A model generated the notes under the pieces. The model saw only the letters and a program-made list of their open reading frames with translations. It did no database searches and was not told the DNA's origin. 50,703 nt of DNA from an uncultured Nitrospinota bacterium (GTDB taxonomy: Bacteria; Nitrospinota; Nitrospinia; Nitrospinales; VA-1): assembly GCA_905612265.1 (NCBI GenBank), contig CAJQRI010000002.1, positions 1-50,703 of the forward strand, written 5' to 3'. Positions 28,640 to 37,943 of this stretch are shown piece after piece. The position numbers and the translations under genes were made by a program. Position 1 is the stretch's first letter, and every line of letters begins with the position of its first letter.

Positions 28640-29446
28640 ATGGAATTTTTTCAGATCATTTTATTGAGCATAATTCAGGGACTCACTGAATTCCTGCCAA
28701 TTTCTAGTTCCGGGCATTTGATATTAGCACCTATTATCTTCAATTTTGACGACCAGGGCCTTGCTCTGGATGCCATTCTGCATTTAGGTACCCTCCTGGC
28801 CATTATAATATTCTTCCGCAAAGAACTGATAGATTTAATCAAGGCATTATTTGATCGCCAAGGGTCCCCAAAAACGCATCATCTAGCCTGGTGTATTATT
28901 CTTGCTTCGTTCCCAGCAGGACTGATAGGGCTGTTTGGAGGGGAATGGATTGAGATCAACCTGAGGAGCCCCACTTTTGTCGGGTATAACCTTTTTTTCT
29001 GGTCCCTTATATTCCTGATCGCCGACCGGTACGGATCAAAAATTTCAAGTACGGATAAAGAGTTGAACCGTTTGAGCCTACGACAAGTTTTATTTATAGG
29101 ATGCGCACAGGCCATCGCCCTACTGCCAGGAACCTCGCGGTCTGGCATCACCATTGCGGCAGGACTTTTCAGCAACCTTTCGCACACTTCAGCAACACGG
29201 TTTTCTTTTCTACTGGGAACTCCAATTATTTTCGCGGCAGGCATGCACAAGCTGATGCAGTTTATTTCGCACCCGGCATCAGAACAGACCTATTCCAACC
29301 TCCATCTTCTAATCGGGATGGGAATAAGCTTTCTGGTCGGTTTGCTGGCTATCCAGCTTCTTCTTAAGATTGTCGCGAAAGTGGGCCTTCTGCCCTTTAT
29401 CATTTACAGGCTGATTCTTGCTGGCGGGATTCTTCTCTATTACTGA
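28640..29446 (+). CDS. uppP: Undecaprenyl-diphosphate phosphatase
   Basis: QGLTEFLPISSSGH, LHLGT, PGTSRSG.TI, FSFLL, YR. Confidence 0.95.
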   Translation: MEFFQIILLSIIQGLTEFLPISSSGHLILAPIIFNFDDQGLALDAILHLGTLLAIIIFFRKELIDLIKALFDRQGSPKTHHLAWCIILASFPAGLIGLFGGEWIEINLRSPTFVGYNLFFWSLIFLIADRYGSKISSTDKELNRLSLRQVLFIGCAQAIALLPGTSRSGITIAAGLFSNLSHTSATRFSFLLGTPIIFAAGMHKLMQFISHPASEQTYSNLHLLIGMGISFLVGLLAIQLLLKIVAKVGLLPFIIYRLILAGGILLYY

Positions 29447-29457
29447 GGACTTATTGG

Positions 29458-29494
29458 AAAAAGAAAAGCCGACCTGAAAAATCAGGCCGGCTTT
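29458..29494 (-). terminator. Terminator between convergent uppP and the secreted-protein gene (probably bidirectional)
   Basis: Minus strand AAAGCCGGCCTGA-TTTT-TCAGGTCGGCTTT followed by TCTTTTT. Confidence 0.8.
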
Positions 29495-29514
29495 AATTTA
29501 AAACTTGTCAGGAA

Positions 29515-29976
29515 TTAACCGCAGTTCACGCTTAGGTTAGTCGTTCCAGTATTGGTAATTCTAACTTCACCACTGATGTCTCCAATGGAGTCACCACGAC
29601 TAAAGTTATTTTGTGAACCTAATACAACTTTGTTTCTTCCCATGGAATGTTTACTTGACATATTTACTTTTTCATTACCACCCTTGCCCTTGTAGCCAGT
29701 ACTACCCCCACCATTGCCAGGAAAACCTTGATTAGCACTCGGGCTCAAACTAATTGGAATCGTCGTGAAATTTGACGACTTCCAGATCGAAGCATTTCCC
29801 TCATTACGTTGCGTTCCAAAGTCTAACGGTGCACCACCACCCGTATTTTCCAAGGTGATAGAACTGGCATTATTACACTTTGTCATCTGACCCGGTGCTA
29901 ATGATCCAGAAAAAGCAGAACTGGCTAAACAAAAAGAAGCAACATTAACAAATAATAAAATAGCGAGTTTCTTCAT
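29515..29976 (-). CDS. Secreted Gly/Ser/Asn-rich protein of unknown function
   Basis: AAAGGAGGA RBS, signal peptide SSAFS, Cys near both ends of the mature chain, own promoter and terminator. Confidence 0.8.
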   Translation of the reverse strand: MKKLAILLFVNVASFCLASSAFSGSLAPGQMTKCNNASSITLENTGGGAPLDFGTQRNEGNASIWKSSNFTTIPISLSPSANQGFPGNGGGSTGYKGKGGNEKVNMSSKHSMGRNKVVLGSQNNFSRGDSIGDISGEVRITNTGTTNLSVNCG

Positions 29977-30201
29977 TGTAAATCCTCCTTTACCCTAGTT
30001 AACAAACGTTACCTACTAAATATTCTAAACGAGGCAAATTCAGAGGAATGAGCCTCCTCCCATTAGAAAGATAAAGTAACTTTTCAAAGAACGACTCAAT
30101 GCTAAAACTCCGACGAATGGAGTACTTTTTAGCATTTTTTCCAAAACCAAAAAGGTAGGATAAACCCTACTCTTATTATTCCCGCCCTTGGTTATCAACA
30201 A

Positions 30202-30229
30202 AGTATACTTATGCATTAAAACATGTCAA
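30202..30229 (-). promoter_or_regulatory. Near-consensus sigma70 promoter for the 29515-29976 gene
   Basis: Minus strand TTGACA (30229-30224), 16 bp, TATACT (30207-30202). Confidence 0.6.
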
Positions 30230-30381
30230 TCTTTATTTTTACTTATAAACATAAATCATTTATTTTCAATGGTTTAAATAACAAATCAGCATCGACTCGA
30301 ATCAAGTTGCGACACTATATCCTATTAAGATTTAAGTGTTTATCCTATAAATATATGAGAATAAAATCTTATACCCGAATA

Positions 30382-31743
30382 TCATCCTTGGCGGGTTTCA
30401 TCTGCTATTACCACTCCTGCAGGAAGAGTTAATTCGTTTTTTAACCCTTGCAAATGAACCTTGCCTTGGATAGAAGCCGCACCTTCAAAACGGACAGCAC
30501 CCTTTATTTTTAACTCCTCCAAATTCACAAGATCTGGAATAACAGGAAAACTGTTTTGAAAATTTTCTATATTCTGCAGAAAGTCACCTAACTCTATAGC
30601 GGGCAAAGAAGCCGACTTCCTCTGGGGGTTTCTGACAAGCTTGCCATTGCTCAAGCTAAAAAGATTGGAGCGAACCAACAAAAGATCATCCGTCTTTTTT
30701 ACCGGCAAAAAACGTTCGCGTGAAACAGAGAGACCTACCGCCTCCTCAAAGCATTCCAAGCCAGAACCAATAGCTATCTCAAGTTGTACAATGGGAGTTT
30801 CATCAATATTTTTTCGGTTCAACATCACGCTTAACTCCAAAGGGCCCTTTTTCAATCTGTCATTCAAGGCCACTAGGTTTATCCAAATATTATTGGTATT
30901 GAAAACCTTGAATTTTTTTTGATCATAAAACTCGTCAATCTTATCATCGGGAACACGGGCAAGCTCCAATAGCTTGAGCTTTCCACCTTGCTGATAAAGA
31001 GTACCGCCCTTAACATCGGCCGGAGTTTTAGCCGTCACTTCCATCAAAAAGGGTACGTTAAACTCATCCATATAATTCAGGATAACAGGGTCCACAACGG
31101 CACCAAGGTTATCCGCATTTGAAATAAAAAGAATCTCTCTACCTGCATCTACAAGCTTTTGCAAAACCCCCTGTTGCCAGATACTTTGATAAAAGTCACC
31201 ATGACCAGGAGGATAGTATGCTTGCTCGCCCCACTTAGAAGTGGAAAGCGGACTCAAGCCGTCTGAATGCAGACGAGGGAATTTATTTTGCTGAAAACCG
31301 ATTATCTCTGAAGAAAAACTCAAGTTGCTCAAATGGGCCTGGGTTTTCTCATGCGTGTAGAAACTGTTCATCAGGAGAAGAGGAATTTTTTGACTCCATT
31401 CCCGATTCAGGCTCTCGATTTGCTCCAGTATTAAATCTAGAAAAGATTTATTGTCCCGCACTTCAACCAGCGACTTGGGTCCCCCACAGCCCATGCTAGT
31501 ACCCATCCCACCATTCAGTTTGCCCACAACAAGCTTTGACAGCTGAAGCGCAGTGCGGGAAGGTTTCGGGAATGGAAGACTTGAAAAATCTGGCAGGTTT
31601 TTGGAGTCGGGAGACTTTATTGAATTCCAGTCCTCGACTTTTGAAAGTCCTTGACGGAACTGGCTAATCATCTCCCAATAATTATTTAATTGAGGGCCCG
31701 AAAGCGATTGAGTCAACTCATTCCATAAAGAATCATCTGGCAT
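30382..31743 (-). CDS. UTP-glucose-1-phosphate uridylyltransferase, eukaryote-type (UDPGP family)
   Basis: KLNGGMGTSMGC.GPKS, LLMNSF.T, YPPGHGD, SNADNLGA, DVKGG, FNTNNIW, QLE.A.G, RFLPVK. Confidence 0.9.
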   Translation of the reverse strand: MPDDSLWNELTQSLSGPQLNNYWEMISQFRQGLSKVEDWNSIKSPDSKNLPDFSSLPFPKPSRTALQLSKLVVGKLNGGMGTSMGCGGPKSLVEVRDNKSFLDLILEQIESLNREWSQKIPLLLMNSFYTHEKTQAHLSNLSFSSEIIGFQQNKFPRLHSDGLSPLSTSKWGEQAYYPPGHGDFYQSIWQQGVLQKLVDAGREILFISNADNLGAVVDPVILNYMDEFNVPFLMEVTAKTPADVKGGTLYQQGGKLKLLELARVPDDKIDEFYDQKKFKVFNTNNIWINLVALNDRLKKGPLELSVMLNRKNIDETPIVQLEIAIGSGLECFEEAVGLSVSRERFLPVKKTDDLLLVRSNLFSLSNGKLVRNPQRKSASLPAIELGDFLQNIENFQNSFPVIPDLVNLEELKIKGAVRFEGAASIQGKVHLQGLKNELTLPAGVVIADETRQG

Positions 31744-31826
31744 ACTGAAATCCTAAATATTTTTTTGCGTGACAAACTCACAAGGACTTGCTTTACTTTT
31801 CAAGTTGCTTTTTATAAGGTCTATTT

Positions 31827-32426
31827 ATGCTTGTATTTAAAAAAAATATCTACGAAATTTTTCACTCTCATCATCCTGAAAATGGAACACAACAGAACCT
31901 GGATCCGCGCGACTTCATTTACAGGTCATTGACCACCGACCGGGAAATTTTTTACGGACTGCAACAGCTTTCTCAAACAGAAGGTAAGGACCGTTTCAAA
32001 ACTTTATTCCCTCATGTGTCCCGATTTGGGTCTATCTCGCTAATCAACAACTTTTGCCGATCACTTCTCGAAGGACTGGTTGATAAAAAAAAATGGTACA
32101 CCATGAATGCATACCATATGACATATCTATTTGACAGTCTTCATGGCACTTTTGAGGAATATAGCTACTCAGAAATAGCACAAAGGAAAGAAATATTCCC
32201 AGAGCTTCTGGGAGAAACTATTGACTTCGACCATTTCCTTGAAAATTATTTTTTTGGGACCGGATTTTTAATGGATGCAGAACGTTTTAACAATATACCT
32301 CCAGAAGAAAAGAAAGACCTGCAACTCACAGACCCCTGCCTGTTCGGGGTGATCAACAGACTGATCCCTGCTGAGGAAGAGGTTGCTCTAAAAATAAACC
32401 CACATCCCCCCTACTCTCCAGAATAA
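31827..32426 (+). CDS. Hypothetical protein
   Basis: 199-aa ORF divergent from the UGPase with protein-like composition; no family recognised. Confidence 0.65.
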   Translation: MLVFKKNIYEIFHSHHPENGTQQNLDPRDFIYRSLTTDREIFYGLQQLSQTEGKDRFKTLFPHVSRFGSISLINNFCRSLLEGLVDKKKWYTMNAYHMTYLFDSLHGTFEEYSYSEIAQRKEIFPELLGETIDFDHFLENYFFGTGFLMDAERFNNIPPEEKKDLQLTDPCLFGVINRLIPAEEEVALKINPHPPYSPE

Positions 32427-32448
32427 AAGTTATACGATGAGAGGTGCG

Positions 32449-33030
32449 CTATTTTTTTAATTCCTCTTCCAGTTGAAAAGTCAGAATGCTGGAGTTTGGA
32501 GCCACCTCACTCAAAAAACTGGCCACCGGAATTCCATTTTTTCCGACCAAAAATTTATGAAAATTCCACTGCGCCTCATTTTTAGATGGCGCATACTTTC
32601 CTTTTATCCGGTACAGTATACTTTTTACCAACCCGAAAATTCGCGATCGCCAACCTCCTCCCCCTTGATGCTTCAAACCACAATCATATAAGTATTGGTA
32701 AAGATCTAGTTTTTGCGGACCCAGCAAAGTCACCTTACTAAAAAGGTTAAACGTTACATTGAAATTTGTCTGGCAAAAACCTTTGATCTTCTCATCATTA
32801 TTAGGTTCCTGCGCACCAAAGTCGTTACAGGGAAAAGCTAAAATACTCAAACCCTGCTCACTATATTTCTCATACAGTTTCTGCAGATCTGAATATTGAG
32901 GTGTGAACCCACAATTGGAAGCCACATTGACAATCAGCAATACCCTTCCCTCAAAATTGGAAAGCTTGCACACCTCGCCACTAATGCTTTGAACATCAAA
33001 ATTATAAATACTTTTTTTGGCGGATTTCAT
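32449..33030 (-). CDS. Glutathione peroxidase family protein (Cys-type)
   Basis: NVASNCGFTPQY, AFPCNDFGAQEP, WNFHKFLV. Confidence 0.92.
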   Translation of the reverse strand: MKSAKKSIYNFDVQSISGEVCKLSNFEGRVLLIVNVASNCGFTPQYSDLQKLYEKYSEQGLSILAFPCNDFGAQEPNNDEKIKGFCQTNFNVTFNLFSKVTLLGPQKLDLYQYLYDCGLKHQGGGGWRSRIFGLVKSILYRIKGKYAPSKNEAQWNFHKFLVGKNGIPVASFLSEVAPNSSILTFQLEEELKK

Positions 33031-33162
33031 ATTTTACAATCGAACATTAAAGGCTGAAAATTCAATCTAAAACCAAAAAGAATGAAAATCTATAAATTCC
33101 TGTCTAAATACTTCATATCTTTACTTAATAAACAAGATCTTGCCATAAAAAACTTAAGGGGT

Positions 33163-33407
33163 GACATAGAAATAAAGGGATGAATGGACTGGAGTTTTTA
33201 AAACGAGTCTGTCGTAGTAACTGTGTAAAAGGTTTGATGAATTATCATAATCGTGAATGGGATGAAGCCAAAAAGTGCTTTGAAAATTCCTTGATATCCC
33301 GACCCGAAGATGGCCCTCAAAAATCTACCTGAAGCGATGAGACAACTTTATCCACAATCCTCCTGCTGACAGCTGGGATAGTGTCTTCTACCTCAGCAAC
33401 AAAGTAA
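33163..33407 (+). pseudogene. Remnant of a receiver-domain/adenylate-cyclase-type signalling gene
   Basis: DIEIKG/MNGLEFLKRV (receiver DxxMPGMNG motif) runs in frame into KGLMNYHNREWDEAKKCFENSLISRPEDGP, then after a frameshift KIYLKR*DNFIHNPPADSWDSVF, the C-terminal TPR-like tail of class III cyclases. Confidence 0.65.
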
Positions 33408-33424
33408 GCATTATAAAGGAAAAC

Positions 33425-34213
33425 TCAGGAATCAGAGGGCTCAGAATCCATAGAGCGGTGATAGTCCTGCAGAATGGAATCCTGAGTTTCCTGATCGGCA
33501 GATTTATAAATACGGATGGTTTCAAAGTGGCGGGTTTGTTGAACACGCAATAATTTAAGACGCATCAATTCCAGAATAGCTAAAAATGTCACTACAACTT
33601 CTTGTTTGGTATTTAACACCGTGAACAAGGATTCAAACGTCACACTTTCCGAGGCGTTGAGAATTTCCATAATGTGCTGAATCTGGTCTGTGACTGACAT
33701 TTCGGTGATTTTAATTTCATAATCTTTCTCAAACAACTTAGTATCCAGAATCTTCTGATAAGCTTTAAGTAAATCAAAAACCGATGCATCGACCAATTCC
33801 TTCTCTTCTGTGCTGTCATCAAGTTCAATCTGACCACCGCGCACAAAAACCTGCTGCCGGTCATGTTCCTTCATTCTCAGTTCAAATGCCGCATCCCGAT
33901 AGCGCTGGTATTCTTTAAGCCTGCGCATCAACTCAGCACGCGGGTCTGCCCCGCCTCCCTCATCAAACTCTTCCTCTATTTCTGGAGCAGGCAGTAAAAT
34001 TTTTGATTTGATACGCGTCAATTCGGCAGCCATCACTAAATACTCTCCGACCATATCAAGGTTCAACTCCTGCATCATATCCAGATACTGCATATACTGC
34101 CGGGTGATATCAGCAATAGGAATATCGTAAATATCCATCTTCTGTTCTTTAATCAGATGAAGTAGCAGGTCTAAAGGACCTTCAAAAATGTCAAGCTTGC
34201 ATTTATAGGTCAT
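33425..34213 (-). CDS. scpA: Segregation and condensation protein A
   Basis: FEGPLDLLLHLI, DIYDIPIA.IT.QY, EYLVMAA.L..IKS..LLP, DPR.EL, VVTFLAILEL. Confidence 0.95.
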   Translation of the reverse strand: MTYKCKLDIFEGPLDLLLHLIKEQKMDIYDIPIADITRQYMQYLDMMQELNLDMVGEYLVMAAELTRIKSKILLPAPEIEEEFDEGGGADPRAELMRRLKEYQRYRDAAFELRMKEHDRQQVFVRGGQIELDDSTEEKELVDASVFDLLKAYQKILDTKLFEKDYEIKITEMSVTDQIQHIMEILNASESVTFESLFTVLNTKQEVVVTFLAILELMRLKLLRVQQTRHFETIRIYKSADQETQDSILQDYHRSMDSEPSDS

Positions 34214-34296
34214 GGTCGGATCATAGATTCAAGGTTTCAAAAAGGGCCCAATTTCAACTCAATCATAACTAAGTTTTTAATAATGAGCTTAATTTT

Positions 34297-35031
34297 TCAC
34301 AAGTCTCCCCAAAGTGACTGCAAAAGTGCCAAAGCAACAATAGGGGCTGTATCCGCCCGGATAATGCGAGGCCCCAGACTCATAGTCTGAAAACCATATT
34401 CCCGAGTCTTCTCGATCTCATCCAAACTAAATCCCCCTTCGGGTCCAATTAAGACAGCAACTGAACGGGGTTTTCGATCCTGCTTAATGTCTTTAAGAGA
34501 GTTATCTCCCTCCATTTCCCAAAAGACCAGTTTAAGGTCTCGGTCATCACTATTGCGGCAAAATGTTTTCAGAGTTTCAATCCTCTCTGCTACCAAAGGA
34601 ACTTGGATACGCCCACATTGTTTTGAGCTTTCCAGTGCGATTTTTTTCCAGCGTTCGATTTTTACTCCAACCTGATGTGTTTTTACCACGCATCGTTCAG
34701 TGGTCAAAGGAGTGATAGAACAAGCCCCCAACTCTACAGACTTTCTTAACGTTGCATCAAACTTATTGCCTTTGGTCAACGCCAATCCCAAATGAACCGA
34801 TAAAGGAGATTCTACATCAAACTTTTCAGATGCAATGATTTCTCCTTGTATCTCTTTCGCTTGGACCTCAACCAGTCGAACGGTGAGCAGTTTATCCGAA
34901 CCACCTATGACTTGAATGGAGGCCCCCACCTTCAACCTTAATACGGTTCTGATATGCGAAACATCTGACCCCGTAAGCGTCACTCGGTTACCGACAATCT
35001 GTCCAGCAGGAACAAAAAATTTATGGCTCAT
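34297..35031 (-). CDS. rsmE: 16S rRNA m3U1498 methyltransferase
   Basis: HI..VLR, K.VELG, E.SKQCGR, IGPEGGF, SLGPRIIRADTA. Confidence 0.93.
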   Translation of the reverse strand: MSHKFFVPAGQIVGNRVTLTGSDVSHIRTVLRLKVGASIQVIGGSDKLLTVRLVEVQAKEIQGEIIASEKFDVESPLSVHLGLALTKGNKFDATLRKSVELGACSITPLTTERCVVKTHQVGVKIERWKKIALESSKQCGRIQVPLVAERIETLKTFCRNSDDRDLKLVFWEMEGDNSLKDIKQDRKPRSVAVLIGPEGGFSLDEIEKTREYGFQTMSLGPRIIRADTAPIVALALLQSLWGDL

Positions 35032-35750
35032 GCCTCAACCCAATGGATCCGTAATAAGTCTTCCAGAGAGATCAGTTCATAGTCGGGGACAATATCAGCC
35101 TGACCTTGCTTGCGGTTTATCCAAGCTGTCTTCATTCCCACCTTCTGGGCTCCAAGAATATCTGCCGAAAGACTGTCTCCCACAAAAAGAATTTCGCATG
35201 GCTCCAATTCGAAATGATTGATCGCAAGCTGAAAGATTGAGGGGTGCGGCTTGCGATAGGGAAGGCCTGAAGAGTAAAGGGTGAAATCAAAATACTTCTT
35301 CAAGCCTGTGTCCTCCAGTTCTAACTCCTTCATAAAAACCGGATTGGTGGTGTTGGAGATAATTCCCATGGAAATATTCCATTCACTCAATTGCTGAAGA
35401 ACATTTTTCACCTCGGGGAAGACCTCCCTTTCCCGATAGACTTCTCGATAATAAACCTGCAAAAGCTCCTGAAGCGAAACCTTTCCTTTCCAGGAAATTT
35501 TAAAATAAAAAAGTAAGTATTGTAAAACCTCCTCGTAACGAGCTTCCATATGATTTGTTCGGGATAGCTCGATCATCGACCTGAACAATTCCCGTGATTT
35601 TTTCAGACACACCTCAAAGTCAGGCAAAGCAATTTTTTTTTCCTCAAGGTGGGTAAAAACTTTTTCCAGAGGACTCCGATCACCTTCTTCTCCTAAATCT
35701 ACCAGAGTATGTGCCCAATCAAAACCAATCGCCTTAAAAGGAAAATCCAT
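35028..35750 (-). CDS. HAD-superfamily hydrolase
   Basis: FDWAHTLVD motif I, ISN, KPHP.IF, VGDS...DI.GA. Confidence 0.88.
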   Translation of the reverse strand: MDFPFKAIGFDWAHTLVDLGEEGDRSPLEKVFTHLEEKKIALPDFEVCLKKSRELFRSMIELSRTNHMEARYEEVLQYLLFYFKISWKGKVSLQELLQVYYREVYREREVFPEVKNVLQQLSEWNISMGIISNTTNPVFMKELELEDTGLKKYFDFTLYSSGLPYRKPHPSIFQLAINHFELEPCEILFVGDSLSADILGAQKVGMKTAWINRKQGQADIVPDYELISLEDLLRIHWVEA

Positions 35751-35981
35751 TTATCACCCGTTGTTGCTGTATTACAGTCCGTAATATTTGAGACATTAAC
35801 ATCAACCTATTTAAAACGATAAGCCCTTAATAATCAATGATTAAAATGATAGACTCTGAGCAGGTTGATTTTTAGAAGCTTGCTTTGACAACATCACAAA
35901 GTATGCTCTTGACCCAAAGCCCTATCCACTAAATAATAGCAATACAAAAGAAATAAAGAAACTGCCGAAACATAAGAGCCC

Positions 35982-36521
35982 ATGCTACCGGAAAACATAA
36001 AATCTATACCCGAAAATATCAGAATGAATCAAGAGTTGATTCAGGAGGCTATCTTCTTAGGCTGTACCAAAGCAAAAATAATCTTAACAAAAACCATTTC
36101 CATTGCTAATTGGATGAAGTTGCAATGCCAATATGGTTGTTCTCAATATGGGTCACTCCACACCTGCCCTCCCTTCACCCCCGATTCTGAACAAATGTCG
36201 GAAGTTCTTATAGAGTATGATAAGGCACTGCTCATCAATGCCAGCCCGGAAGTAAATGTAAGAGAAATAGTTGTTCATCTGGAAAAACTTTTAAAGGATA
36301 AAGGTTTTAGCAAAGCTTTCGGGTTATCTGCTAAACCTTGTGACCTTTGCGACCCCTGCACCATTGCAACAAATTGTAAGTACCCTGAAAAAGCCCGACC
36401 CACTCTGCAAGCTTGTGGAATTGATGTAAACGAAACCATCAACAGTAACGGATGGGACGACCTCGGAAAACAGAACCCTTGCACTCCAACTCATGCCATT
36501 GGCATGGTGTTGATGTATTAG
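35982..36521 (+). CDS. Cys-rich predicted metal-binding protein (DUF2284-like)
   Basis: CQYGC..YG....CPP and PCDLCDPC....CKYPEKARP..ACGIDV pattern. Confidence 0.75.
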   Translation: MLPENIKSIPENIRMNQELIQEAIFLGCTKAKIILTKTISIANWMKLQCQYGCSQYGSLHTCPPFTPDSEQMSEVLIEYDKALLINASPEVNVREIVVHLEKLLKDKGFSKAFGLSAKPCDLCDPCTIATNCKYPEKARPTLQACGIDVNETINSNGWDDLGKQNPCTPTHAIGMVLMY

Positions 36522-36547
36522 AACCATCTATAATCACTCCATCTCAA

Positions 36548-36664
36548 ATGACCACACCCGCAATCAGTATCTATTCTGAAGCTACCACACAAGAAGCGGC
36601 TTAATTGATGAAGGAAAAGGATAAAATCTCAGGTATTCTCGCTGTTAAAAATCTGGCTTATAGA
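36548..36664 (+). pseudogene. CBS-domain gene remnant
   Basis: MTTPAISIYSEATTQEAA*LMKEKDKISGIL: CBS start motif with an in-frame stop (36602) and apparent internal deletion. Confidence 0.5.
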
Positions 36665-36701
36665 AATAAAACACCTGCTTAAAACATTCAACTATTTCCC
36701 T

Positions 36702-37940
36702 TCAACTTGAAGGCCAAGGTTTCACTCGACCTTCGCTAGATATCTCATCTAATTCCTGAAGGTCTTTACCATTAATACCTAAAAAATAAAGGATTAATCT
36801 CAAATCAGACTGATTGATGCTGGCCTGTGCCTGACGTTGCACAATCGGTTTAGCGTTGAACGCAATGCCTAATCCAGCCCGTGCCAGCATTTTAATATCG
36901 TTGGCTCCATCTCCAACTGCCACCACTTGGCGTAGGGAAAATCCTTCCTTTTCCGCCAGAGAAATCAAGGCTCGTTCTTTAGCCTCGGCATCGATGATCT
37001 CACCTTCAAGCTCACCTGAGACTTTGCCATCTTCTATCTTCAACTGATTGGCGATGCCATAGTCCAGTCCATAACTATCGCAAATCTTGCTGATAAAAAA
37101 CTGAAACCCACCACTGACCAGAGCAATTTTATACCCCAAATGCCGTAAGATATTAACCAGAGATTCTGCACCGGGTGTCAGAGGCAGGGAGTTGGATAAA
37201 TGATGCAGACTTTCCACAGGTAAGCCTTTTAGCAGTTTCACCCTTTTGAGCAAGGCTGATTTGAAGTCTATTTCTCCACTCATAGCCTGGTGGGTGATTG
37301 CCGCCATTTCCTGGCCTACTCCTGCCAATTTCCCCAACTCATCAATGACCTCACATTGCAGGAAGGTCATATCAGCATCCAACACAATCAATCTTTTATT
37401 ACGCCTAAAATAAGTTTCCTCCTGAACAGCGATATCGACGCCGTAGTTTTCCTTGAATCTCACCAGAGCGTTCAACACTTCCTCCGATGAGTGTGCCTCA
37501 CGGGTTCCTATAATAAATTCCAGCGCGTGGATATCTCCCGAATCTAATTGTTCTATACGTAAAATATTGATATCAAGTTCAGCGAAAATTTGGGTGATTT
37601 CTAGAAATCCGGCTGATGGCATGGAGTCACAAAGTAGTGTCACGACTGAACGATGAACATAAGGAGCATCTGGCCGGGTAACTGTTTTCCAGGGATAGAC
37701 GGTGGCCTTAAAATTCATTTTCTCGGCGTAGATAGATAACGCCTCTCGAAGAGGAAGAATATGGCTCTCATCACAACCATCAAGGAGAATGGAAAGATTG
37801 AGCAATCCATTGAAGACGAATTGCTTGATATCGACCACATTCCAACCAGTTTCGACAATGAATGTCAAAGATTCAGCAAGAATTCCGGGCCGATCCTGTG
37901 CAGAGATATGAATATGTAGTTGGCTGGAAGAAAGAGACAT
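36702..37940 (-). CDS. serB: Phosphoserine phosphatase with two N-terminal ACT domains
   Basis: DRPGI ACT, DADMTF..CEVIDEL, ITHQAM.GE.DF, SGGF, VGDGAND, AFNAKP. Confidence 0.93.
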   Translation of the reverse strand: MSLSSSQLHIHISAQDRPGILAESLTFIVETGWNVVDIKQFVFNGLLNLSILLDGCDESHILPLREALSIYAEKMNFKATVYPWKTVTRPDAPYVHRSVVTLLCDSMPSAGFLEITQIFAELDINILRIEQLDSGDIHALEFIIGTREAHSSEEVLNALVRFKENYGVDIAVQEETYFRRNKRLIVLDADMTFLQCEVIDELGKLAGVGQEMAAITHQAMSGEIDFKSALLKRVKLLKGLPVESLHHLSNSLPLTPGAESLVNILRHLGYKIALVSGGFQFFISKICDSYGLDYGIANQLKIEDGKVSGELEGEIIDAEAKERALISLAEKEGFSLRQVVAVGDGANDIKMLARAGLGIAFNAKPIVQRQAQASINQSDLRLILYFLGINGKDLQELDEISSEGRVKPWPSS

Positions 37941-37943
37941 AAA

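Noticed and set aside
32905-32925. Possible selenocysteine in glutathione peroxidase
   Set aside because: The active-site codon is TGT (Cys); the ORF is uninterrupted.
35867-35885. TTTTTAGAAGC as right inverted repeat of the IS5 element (composite element)
   Set aside because: Only a partial match to TTTTTAGAGGTGCC, 13 kb away, with core genes in between.
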